A stretch of 64,000 bases of DNA. It comes from Yuukianura sp. NJ FZ-2021. Taxonomy: Eukaryota. Position 1 is the first letter of the stretch, and the number at the start of each line of letters is the position of its first letter. Of the stretch, positions 1 to 12,300 are shown in pieces. The stretch lies in assembly GCA_046563655.1 (NCBI GenBank), contig CM102286.1:12152001-12216000 (forward strand). The letters run 5' to 3'. The position numbers were made by a program, and so were the translations under genes. The notes beneath the pieces are model-generated. The model did no database searches and was not told where the DNA came from. It worked only from the letters and a program-made list of their open reading frames with translations.

Positions 1-189
1 GAGATTATTGGTCCTAATGGAATAATAGAAGAGTTCTAGCGTGGTAATTGGCTTCAGGCTACAATTTCCTTGAGCGTTATGCCTCACGACGCTCTTAATG
101 TGATTTGCACTTAACCAGTTCATTATTGTATTATAAAATTCTTGTATTATATTATATTCATGTGTTTTATTATATTTGTGTTGCTGCAG

Positions 190-363
190 GGCGATGGCTC
201 TGGGGAAAGGTGCTCTGTGATGTGTGGAATTCCATGGACGTCTACTTCTCAACAGCATCCATCCTCCATCTTTGTTGCATCTCAGTCGATCGCTACTATG
301 CCATTTGTCGGCCACTGGAGTATCCTCTCAAAATGACGCATAAGACAGTACGCATCATGATTG
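190..363 (+). CDS. Octopamine beta receptor exon (TM3, ICL2)
   Basis: ttgctgcag|G acceptor, G|gtaagc donor; [58 protein letters not shown]. Confidence 0.95.
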
Positions 364-3300
364 GTAAGCTCATTGTTTTGTTAGTTATAGTTTGTCTGTT
401 TTTAGAAGGCACTTTTCGACGTTTTTTCAGTTCCATTGCGACGCTTATAGAAAAACTTAGCTTGTCAAAAACACTTTCTCCATTAGGTCTGTACACAAAA
501 TTTCAAGAATTGATAATTTCTATTTTAACGTTATAAGTCGACTGGAATTGTTTCCAAATTTGAAAAGTGACTTCTAAAAAGAGACTATAATTGTAGTACT
601 TATACAAAATTAGACTTAGTGAGACTGATTATGTCCGTCATTGGACATAAATCCTTGATGACGCTTATTTTGAGCCCAGATATTCTCGATTCATGACATT
701 TTGGTTTTAAAATTAGTGCGCGTGGGAGTTAAGTGCCATGTAAACCTCCAACTTAACCAGAGGCAAAGTCAGTTCAATATTTGTCTTCTATTTTTTCCCT
801 AAAAAACAGTATTCAAAATTACCGCTTGGTGAAGCCTCTCGGGTTTTAAGGAAAAAGTTTTACCCCAGCACTCTTTGAAATGAACAGAAAAAAGTTTCAA
901 AACCTGAAATGCACTTTTATAATTTTTGGCTGAACAAAACTGACAGCACATGAAAACAAAATTTTGAGGTCGTCAACCTATCTCAATGCTTTTAATACGG
1001 AGCGAAACTTTCCAGACAAAAATTTGACCTCATTTATTACAATTTTTTTTCCAAAACTTTTTTTCTTTCATAGACATAAATTTTCGGATCAAATTTTCTG
1101 AATGGTTTCAAAAAGTGTTGAGATTTTTTCCGGATAAGTTTGCAAAAGAATCTGTCGCTGAATGAATTTGGTTGGTTTTTCGGAGTTGATGAAAACAAGA
1201 AAAACGGGATCCGATTAATCGCTTTCTTTTTCTCTTCCAAGAAAACCAGAATCAGGTAAAAGTTTTCAAACAGCAAAATTTTCAGAAAAAATCACGTTTC
1301 GAAATCCGATAAAAGGAACAATAACAGGATTCAAAATTTTTTTGGACTCTCAGGTCAATTTGTCTGTATCCTGCGAAGTTAATGGGACCTGACGAAGACC
1401 TTTGCTTTTCGTGAGGTGGCTGTCAGTAGAAGGAACTTTTCCCTTTTGGAATTAGTTTATTTAGGAAATCGCTGAAGAAGTGATCGCTTTATTCCCAAGC
1501 ACGACCCTAAAACTAATCATAACTTTTGACATGAGGAAGCTCGTCCGACAACTTTTTTGCACGTTAGAACGCTTACTTTCACCGGTGGTACTAAAAGGAA
1601 AACTTTCTTTGTCCCAAAAGTTACACAAAAAGCGCCAAATCAAATGAAAACCCTTCGCTAGTTTTGATACAACCGAGATTTTTTGACAGGCACTGCACAG
1701 TAACTTGTTCGTTCGAAATTGTTTGATTTTCCAAACTCATTTCCAACATAAAGTTCCAAATTTTTGACATACACTTAACTAAAAGATGAAGCGAAAACAA
1801 AATTCATTCTAAGTATAAAAACTTTCTTTTGAAAGTCCGTAACTACAAATTCGGCACTGCCAAAATTTCGAAATTGGAACTACATTTGCATACCATGTTA
1901 ATAAAAATTGAAATTTGTAAAACTTAGACAAGCATTTACAAGTTTGAAGTTAAGGCTTAAGTGGAAATATTTTCGGAAATGAGTAATATGACTTTTTGAA
2001 ACAATTATAATTTTGGATCAAGGTTATAATCAACGTTTGTAAACAAGACAAAATGTCTTTTTTACACCAGGTTGTCCAATAACGCGATGGTTTTTTACAA
2101 TTTGTTAATAAATTTGAAAAACTTTTTTCCTATGTAATTAGTTTCAAGTAAATCAATTTTTGCAAATCCCGAGTTGTTGGACAATTTTAGTAATTTTCTC
2201 TACCTGGACAACCTGTTGTAGGAAACACAATTCGGTTGTCAAAAAACCTTGGTTATAATTTTTAAACTTAGTGGTAGTTTACAAGACACAAGAATCTGCA
2301 CCTAGTTTGTAAGGCTTCGGTGACCTCAGAATCACTTTTGCGATGAAGTCCTTCAACCTTGGCGCTTAGACTTAAAAGGGAAAGCACTTTGGTCACAGAA
2401 AATAATGGCTTTTCTTTTCTCCATTGTTTTCTTCTTAGGTTGCATCTGGATCCTTCCGTCACTTCTCTCCTTTACGCCCATAATTACAAAAATCTACACT
2501 ACAAAGGAGTATCTGGATCGAGCTGCAAAGAATCCAGAACTGTGTGCGTTCGTCCCAAATACTGGTGAGAACAAGTTACAAACAGCAAAGTTTTCTTTAC
2601 GTTTCAGCCTAACCTTAACACCCTTTCAAGATTCTAAAACCTAACACAATTTAGGCTATGTACAACCTTACACGTGTTAAGTTTCAGTTTTTATGTTACA
2701 TTAAGTAGCGGTTGTGGGTACTACAATTCAGGTTAGGTTATAACACATATCCTGAACTATATGGAGCAATTTAGCCTAACGTTAAGTTATAACCTCCAAG
2801 GTTAGGTTTATACCCCAAGTTCCAAGTATCCATTCCCTTCAGCCCCAAAGTAGCTGTTTCAATATACCATTTGATCTCGATAACTTTGGCTTTCCTCCAT
2901 ATTGCTTTTTCCGCTCAATGGTTAGACTGGATTCGGCTGGAATTTGGAATTCGAGAGAGCCGGGAACTTTGAAATTCAGAGGATTTCTTACTTTCTCCGT
3001 TTTCGAAGAAAAGGCTCTAAATCACCATCACATTTCCAAGAACAATTTCCTCGAGACCAGGAGGACATTTTGGCTAAAATTAATGTTTCCTTTGGTCCGT
3101 GGTGAAGGAAGGAAAAGCTTTTCCTTTGTTGTGCTTCCTCTACCTTACTTGCCTCTTTAAAGAACAAAAGAACAAGCGTGGAATGGCAGACGGAAAGGGA
3201 AAGGACAGGCACAAGATTGATTTCCGAAATTTACACGCGACGAAGAGAAAAGTTAAAAACTTCGTAAAAGATACGACGTCCATTTTTCTTTTCTTGTTCA

Positions 3301-6300
3301 AAATGAACAATTTGGTGTGCTTTTTAACATAAATTTCAACATCAATATTCACAAATACGTTAAAGGTTACGGTAAAATCAATATGAATTTTGACTATTCC
3401 GATGTAGTCGTTTCGTTTCTCGTGTGATTATGCCGTTTCAACTTTGCAGATAAAAGAATGTACGAATGCGAATGTAGCCCAAGTAAAAAATGTTATGTAA
3501 TCACCTTTTCATTGAAGTTGTTTGTAATTTTATGTTCAATTAGACAAATTTGATTTCTATTGAAAAATAATGAATTGCATGTTTGGAAAAGTTTAGTGAC
3601 TAATTTCTTGTTGTTCATTTTACGTAGCATTAATTACTTATTTCTCGGAAACCACTTTTTATTTGATGTTTTCCGAAAATGAAAATTTTACTTTTTATTT
3701 CAAAAATGAGTTACTAACTAGATTTTCCTTTTCAATTTTTGCTTCAGCTGCTACTAGTTAAAAAAAAGGTTTCCAGAAACTCGCCTCATTAAGAACTAAA
3801 ATTGCGCAGAAGTTTGATATGCATGAAAAGTAAGTTATCAAAAATTTCATAGAAAGTTTGTTGAGCTAATTATCACCAAAATTCTCAGAACTGTATAAGA
3901 TACAAAAAAGAGGAAAAAGTAGAATTCTTTGAAATTGATTTAACAAGCTTTAATGTTAGATAGATTTGAAATCTATGTAGTTTACTTTCCGGTTAGCCTA
4001 ACAAAAATTTAGGCAAACAGCGTAAATCAGCTTAGAATGTGAAAGTTTTCTAGAATAAGATGGGAGGTTGTGGCTGGTTTCTGTGTGTGCAGGAAGAAAC
4101 TATCTCCTCTGGGAGAAAGTCCGTTCGAGGGAAAAAGCGAAAGAAGGTGATCCGTTTTTTGTATATAAATTGTGAATGGAAGGCGTCTCGACATACGACT
4201 TAAGGTTAAATAAACTTGTAAAGGAAACGTAGAGGAAAGTCCTATTGACAAAATAATGGAAGGGAAATGGCTAACAAATTATTCAGAGCCAAACAGGAGG
4301 TGCAGAAGACTAACAAAAGAAGTCAAAGTACAAAAGTATTATTTCCAAACGAACACTTCAAACGACCTGCACTTTCACCTACTAGCTTTCTTCACTTCTC
4401 CTTGACCACTACCAACTAGTACACCTTTAGTTATTGTCATGCTAAAAGTAAAAGCGGAAGGTCGAAATCGATTCGTTTCCTTCCTACTGCTGCTACTGCC
4501 TGCCAAACTCTGAAAATTAAGTTCAAAGTTGGGCACAAAACCAAAAACCCGCTTCCCATATCCGTTCATTCTTTCAGCTAATTTAGACTTTCCGGTTTTC
4601 AAAACACAACGAAAAGTTGAATAAGGTTTGCTGCAGCAGCACTCGGGCAAGTCGTGTTCTCGACTTCCTGCACGAAAATCATTTCACTTTTCAATTGAAA
4701 TTGAAAGTCAAAACCATACGGAACTTCTGGTTGTGACAAGTCCCTTGCGGAACTTTCCCCAAAACCATACGTGCACGAAAATTCAAAATTGTCAAATGTG
4801 ACTTTCCAAAATGCAGTTCAACAATGAAAAACTAAAATATGAGTCTGAATGGAAAAGAAAAATAGACGTGGTTACCAAAAATAAGGAATGATTGACGTGT
4901 CAAAGTGTCAAGCGCCAATTTTTGCAAAAATTTTATATTTTCTTTTCTCCAAAAAACATTTTTTTCTTTTGCATAAATTTTTTCAGATTTAATAACAAAC
5001 TACGCTGACAGGTGAAAAGTCACATTCGTGACTATACTTTTTCATTCACTATCAATCATGTTAGTTCCAAAAAATCATTTTTTATTGTCATTCATAGAAA
5101 ATTTAGTTGAAAATGAAATGCCCAATTTTCTCTTTTTTGACGCTTCTGTCTCAACTTTTTATAATTTATGAATACAATCAATCACTTTGAAACTTTAAAA
5201 CACTCATGCCCATGGTCTACTGCAACAAATTACACTAACAAAAACTCAACTTTTTTTAAACTCTATTTTTGAAACGCACATCAAAACATATGACGTTTTT
5301 CAAATTCAGAAAACATGAGTGTTTAAAAATTTAAAAGTAGAACAACGCTTGACAAGCAACCTGAATTATCTGTAATTATCTTAGTTCTAGCTAATAGTTT
5401 TTCAAAGGTCATCTCTTCTCAGAGTGTGTGTGAAGTCCTTCAATCAATCAAATCAATTTGACATTTTTGGAAAGGTCATGTCGTGAGCATCATATTCTGA
5501 AAATTTGACGTTACGTTGCCTGTCTTTTGAAAATCGTGTTCAAATAAAAATTTTATCCATGCCAATTTCACCTTTTTATACAACAAACTTTGGCATTGTG
5601 TGTAGAGAACCAACAAAAACAAAACTTTTGTGCTTGAAATTCACAAAGATTTTTAAAAACAAAAAAAAATTATTAACTAGATGCGACATTAGGACCATTT
5701 TAAACAAAATTTTTGAAGCAAATGTTTTGTGACGTTTCTCTTGACAACTTACTCAATTTCATAAAAGTTAAGCCTGGTTCACACAAGATTTTATTTTATA
5801 GCAGATTATAAGTTCTCCAAAATTGGAATTCGTCGTGAGAACCGTGCTTAAACTTGAGGTGAAAGCGGTTTTTTACCTCTTTTAACCTCTTTTAATTTGC
5901 TTCAAAAATTTTGTTGAAAAAATGCCTCATGTCCACTCTAGTTTTAAAAGAAAACAAGGTAGGGCAATGCTCAAGGGTTGAGCATAGGTCTTCTGGAGGT
6001 AGTGGACAATTGATACGACTTAAATCACTCTAACGCCGGTGAAAAAAATAATGTCGAACCGTTTTCATGGAGTTGATGCACCAAAGCGTCGCTCAAAATA
6101 CTCAGTGCGGATGTGAGGTCCTATTTTGTGCTTACGTTGCACCAAAATTGGGTTGGCACTTCTACCATTTAATTGCACTAAAATCATGTTTCATTTTTGA
6201 GCCCCAAAGTATTTGCACTGAATTGATGTTCTTAATTTGTTGAGCAAGATGCACATAATGGATTTTCTGTGTTGCCATGGCAATGTACTATTAGCGTAAA

Positions 6301-9300
6301 CAACGTAAACCAAACGGCATCAAAATAATATCGAAATCGAGCTTTGTGCATGATGCACAAAATTGAACGCTGAGGAGGATGGGTCGAATATCGCTTGCCA
6401 AAATCGAAATTTCTGGTAAATGCAAATATGACCGCTGTTATGCATTATTCACATCTTAAACATTTAAGCCGGATTTTCTACCCTCTGATCAGTCTTAATT
6501 TAACAACGTAATTAAACATACTGCCAGAAAATGACCACATCAAAACTCCGTTGTTTATAAATATTTTGAGTGCAATCGAAACCAAAACAGTTTTGCGGAG
6601 CCACGATACTGCGGGTAAGTAAAGTAGCCGCCCAATTCGACGTTGTTAATGTACGACTTTAAGTGCAATGTAGACCTAATGAAAACACTTAAGCGATACA
6701 AGACACCCCGTCAATAATGGAGGTAATGTTTGAGCGCAAATTGTCCTAAAAAACGTTACGGACAGACAGACAGACAGACAAAGTCGTATCAATAGTCTTC
6801 TTCAGCACGTCGTAGACGTGCGTCTCCAGAAGACTAAAATCAAAACAAGGTAGGGCAATGCTCAAGGGTTGAGCATAGGTCTTCTGGAGGGAGTTGACAA
6901 TTGATACGACATTTAAACCGGCCTACCTCAAAACTGTAGAAGAAATGAGAAACCGTTTTCATTGAGTTGTTGCACCAAAACGTCGCTAAAAAGTTTCAGT
7001 GTGGATGCGAGGTCCTATTTTGTGCATGAGTTGCACCAAAATTGCGTTGGCTGTTCTACCATTTAATTGCACCAAAATCATGTTGCAGTTTTGAGACCCA
7101 AAATATTTGCACTGAATTGATGTTCTTAATTTGTTGAGCAAGATGCACGTAATGTATTGTCGGGGTTGCCATGGCAATAGACCATTAGCGAAAAGAGCGT
7201 AAACCAAACACCCTCAAAATAATGATATTGAAATTGAGATTTGTGCATGATGCACAAATTTGAACCCTGAGAAGGATGGATCGAATATACCTTCTTTTAA
7301 ATCGAAATCGGTTCATGAAGATGCGCATAATGTATTGTCGATGTTGTCAAGGTATGCTCAAGGTAGTTCTCAAACCTGCACAAACCTTCAATTGTGTGCA
7401 TCATGCACAAAATTGTACGTTGTGGGGTGGGGTTCGAATATCGCTTGTTTATAATCAAAATTATAAAAATTTCTTGCAAAGGCAAATTTTAACCCTGCCA
7501 AGCACTGTTTCCATATTATGAGTTTCAGCCACATTTTCTACCCTCTAGTTAAGTTTTAATTTAACAACGTGATTAAACTAGCTGTCAGAAAATGACAGGA
7601 TCAAAACTTCGTTGTTTAAATATATTTTGAGTGTAATCGAAACCAAAATGTTTCCGAGAAACGACTGCACTTAGGGTGCATAAGGTGGCCGCCCATTTGC
7701 ACGTTGTTAATATAACACTTTGAGTGCAATGTAGACTTTATGAAAACACTTGAGGCATACGTAACCCCCCGCCAAAAATGGAGCTTATGTTTCAGCGCAA
7801 AAGATCCTAAAAAAAGCGAACGGACGGACAGACAAAGTCGTATCAATAGTCTTCTTCAGCATGTCGTAGACATGCGTCTCCAGAAGACTAAAATCGTCCT
7901 GGTAACTCTATGGAAATTCACAACTTTTTCTAAAAATAGCTCTTTATTGATTTGTTTGCGTAACTGTAATTATTGGCACTTTTGGCTCACCACTGCACAG
8001 AAATGTTGCTTTGTGCTGGGGAAAAATGTTTATATCTGCATGTAACTTTTTTGATATTCTGGGTTGAAAAATTTGAAACAGATTGTTACATTGTGAAAAT
8101 ACACTTCGTCGTCGTGCAAGACGTGTTTTATTTTAAGAGATATTTTAAATGAATTAGAAAAACAGTTGTTGTGGAACGCCTACGTTCGGAACGTGCCTAC
8201 ACTGCCACAGTCTACGTTTGAAACTTTGTTTTGAACTTTTTAGAAGAAGATGAAGACGCTAGAGTCGCACGTAATCCTGCTACGGGTATCCCGAGGCTTT
8301 AGTAAAAGTTAATCTTGGCGACATACCTTGAAAAAGCAAATTTCCGGTCCAATGACTTTGTAACTTTCAAAATTATAACATTACACAAGCTGACGCAGAT
8401 CAACTTTGTTTTCTTCAAGACTTTGATCCCGTACAAATTGTCTTTCTGAAGAAAAAGGCATAGAGACGTGTAGGCGTCAGTTTGAACCGTCACATGATAT
8501 AGATTTTTAAATAAATATTTAATTATTTCTTTCTCAACTTTTGAAATAAAAAAAAATTAAATCTATTTTTTTTTCAAAATTGCCTTTTTTTCAATTCCTT
8601 TTCTGCCTGCATTTTTGTTGACAAGAAAAAATGGTTCTTGTGCAACCCCAATATTTTGTTTTGTGTTCACGGTTTCCTGTTGCTCCACGTTTTGAATTTT
8701 TAAAACCCATTTTTCAAAAACAAAATTTTTAAAAAGCACCGCTTGAAAACAGCACTTCACTACAAGTAAAGCCCTACCATTCTCTAGTAATATTTTAAAC
8801 TTTTTTAATCTACTTTCCACCCACGTTCTATACTCTGCATGTCAAAACTTCATCGTCTACTCGACTTAATTATTATGCTCAACTTCATACAAGAACAATC
8901 ACTCCCATTGTACTTCTTTTCTCCATTTTGAACATTCAAAACTTTCAAAAAATTGCGCGCTTTGTTCTCTCTTTGTGTCACACGTGCTCGTGTCATCAGT
9001 CACAGTTTTTGTTCCGCACTTAAAAAAAGTAGTGACATGACATTTCCTTCTCCCGCTCCGGAATTAAATGATCCGTGCAAATATTTGGAAATCTCCGAAA
9101 TCCGCTCTGGCTCAGCGCCATTTCTTTTTCTAAGGCACTCAAATGCGATGACATTCCCAAAAACTTAATTTAGTAAAAGCGACTTGCAAAAAATCTTAAA
9201 AAAAAATGGAGCTTTTTAGATCCCCTTTTTAATTAATGGGATTAAAAGTGTTTTAAGGTAAAAAGAGGGAGTCCGCCTGCTAGTAGTTGCTTGGCGCTTC

Positions 9301-12300
9301 AAAAAACTTAAACGGAGCAGAAAGTCTTCTTTCTTTTGGCCAGAAAACTTTGTATGAAACAGGAAACCTAAGTTAAGGTTAGGCTAACATCGTATTTCTA
9401 GTGTAGGGAAATGGTGGTGGCGGCATTGGATTTCATGCCATGACTCCAACTTGAAATCGTATACAGTTAAAGACTTTTCCCATTTGAGTCTTATAATGTC
9501 AAAGTTGTGGGGAAAGCATAATATTAGACTTGGATAACTTCGTTCCTCTCCGTTTGCAGAAACTTCAAGTCCCCTGTCAAAGTCTCTGGATTCACTTTCT
9601 CTCTCCTGACTTTCCTAAATTATTTTCTACTCTGTCAGGAAAAGTACTCTGCTAGAAAAAGAAAAGCAGAATATGTACTGCAGTGTGTTAAAACTTTAGA
9701 ACCAAAAACTAGCGGGAGAGAAAGTTACACGTTCCGGAGTTTAAGAACCTTCAGGAAGTCTTAAATTCTTTAGGATCTTAGCACTCCTGTTTTTGTTTTT
9801 TACGAAGATCGAATTTCACTTTACTTTTTTCTACTTCTGGTTTTAGGTAAAAACCAATTCAACAAAACCCATTACCTTTTTTTCTAAAACCAATTTCCAA
9901 ATTTACTACGCTTAAGCATAGCATTAACAAACTTGGACCATCTTACATGAATTGAAAGAACGCCATTGGCTGAAGTAAAACCGATCAATTGTACATGGTT
10001 TAATTAACGAGTTTGTTTTGATTGAGTACGTTTTGTTGGGTAGTATAAGCAAGGTTAGTGTTGAACAAATTTGTGTGTCGAACTAATAGCAGTTGAACAA
10101 AATTAGTACAACTTAGATTCCAAAAATTACGGGGAGAAAAATTGTTAAGCATTTTGTTTTACTATTGTGTTAAAAAAATTGAGATTCGATTAGTTCAGAC
10201 ATACTTCTTAGCTGGAAATTGTTAAAATATTAAGCATACTTTTTTGAAAACATAATTTTTTGTTTGAAAATTTCCTTCTTTTTTTGCAGTGTATGCTCTC
10301 GTCTCTTCCTCGATCTCATTCTGGATACCTGCCGTCGTAATGATAGTGATGTACTCGAAGATCTTCCGTGAAGCACTGCGTCAAAAGAGAGCTCTATCAT
10401 CCACTTCTGCCTGTCTCGTCCTCCAGCATGTCAATAGCACACGCTCCGCATCGAACCGACGCTCATACAGATCCGAAATTACTCAAAACGGTAACTTTAT
10501 ATTTCCTCTTTTCCCTCGCGCCTCGTAACGCATAAATTTTACTATGCTAAGGATATGCAACGTCGAAGAAAGTGGCAAAGTAACAAAAACTTTCATTCCC
10601 GCCTACGCCTTTCTTTCATAAACAAAATTACAGAGTTAGGCAAAATAGCATTTCCATCTCAAACTTTAAAGGCAAATTAGTCTCTGGTGACGGATGGTGA
10701 AAACTGCTTTCTTTTCCCGTTCGTTCCTTTAAGTAAATTTCTCTCCCCGATGCGTAGAAAGTACTGCGTTGTTTTAAAAATTGAAAACTGAATTTTCCCG
10801 GGCTTTTGGAGCATCTGAGTAAGAAACGAGGAGATTAGAAAAGTTAATCCTCGTCATGAAATATAATTCCTGATGACAAAGTCCCTTGTCTAAAAGAATA
10901 AAGTCAAAATTATAAAGACTTTCCGTATCCTGTTAAGATCAGAAGAAAGTGAAGGAGTTCCTGCTTTCTTCCAGAAAAACAATCTTGGCTCCAAGGGCTT
11001 TGACTATGTGTCTTGATGATGTTGGCCCCTCTAGACAGGACTTTCTCTTGTCATGTCTTAAGGGGCTTAATGGTCTTAGCCTACCTCCTTTTCGTGTTCC
11101 ACACACATGGAAACATGACACAGTTCAAGAGACGAACCTTGTTCCAGTTCGTTTTGGCTGGAAGCGGGAAAAGCTTTTTGTTTTTTGGGAAAAAGAAAAG
11201 AGACTTTGGATTTGAGCGAACGGGGGAGTCACTTTGGCGTGTAATAGGATCTTGGACGTTGTTATTCCACAGACTGTTTATTGTGACTTTACAAAACATT
11301 GGAGTAGTGTAGTGATTAAGCTACTGTTTTTGTCAGCTTTCCCGTCCTACTCCATTTTCCGCCATTTTTCAAGTTCGGAACAATGAGCCACTTGGAAGGA
11401 TATACACTTGAAAGCTTTTGAACAAAGTGAAAAAGTTGTACAAAACAATTTCAAAACAAAACGCAAAGTAGGATTGTCGTTCTCACACAGTTCCAACTAC
11501 ATGAAGCAATTTTGTCAAAAAAAAAGCAGCAACAACGTTTTTTGAATTTGAAATACTAAATTTTTAATTGTCATTTCATTTTTTTTGGACGTTTCAGCGA
11601 ATATGTTTTTTTTTTCACTTTAACAATATTCGTCTGTTTGCTTTGCCAGCTTGAGTAGGTTGTTCGTAGTCAACTTTCGTGTATTCTTTATACATAGTGT
11701 GCGCTAAATTTTTGTTAACTTGTTTGCGAACTCAAATTCTTACAACTAAATTTGTGCTATGTGTCTTGTCTTTTCGATTCTCACTTTTTGTGCGAAACGC
11801 TCCGAATAAGTAGTTAAAGCTTTTAGACCCAAGTCAAGCGGGAGAAGTTAAGTTTAACGTCAATTACAATTATTAAATAGCGAAAGCTATTTAATAATCT
11901 GATTCATGTCTGTCTGTCTGTCTGTCTGTCTGTATGTGCCAATTTTTGATCTCGGAAACTACTGGTCCGATTTGATCCGGGTTTTCACCAGTCGACATCT
12001 CAGGTCGGCCGCCAGTTCAAGTTTATTTTTTTTTTCGGGTCAGTGACCTTTTACCGGGTCAAAGGTCAAGGTTATTGACCTTTTGAATATAAAACCGGGA
12101 AAATGACCCTAACAAAAGTTGTTCCTCTCATTGAGGGGAACAACTTTGGTATATGAACCATGGGTCTGCGACCCCTCCAAGGGGGTCAAAACCTGGATCA
12201 AAGGTCAACATTCCCAACACGCAGTGCATTGGATAGGGGAAGCCGCCTATCCAATGCTAAGACCATGGCATGCCCTAAGCTAGCCGAGTTGACACTGGGG

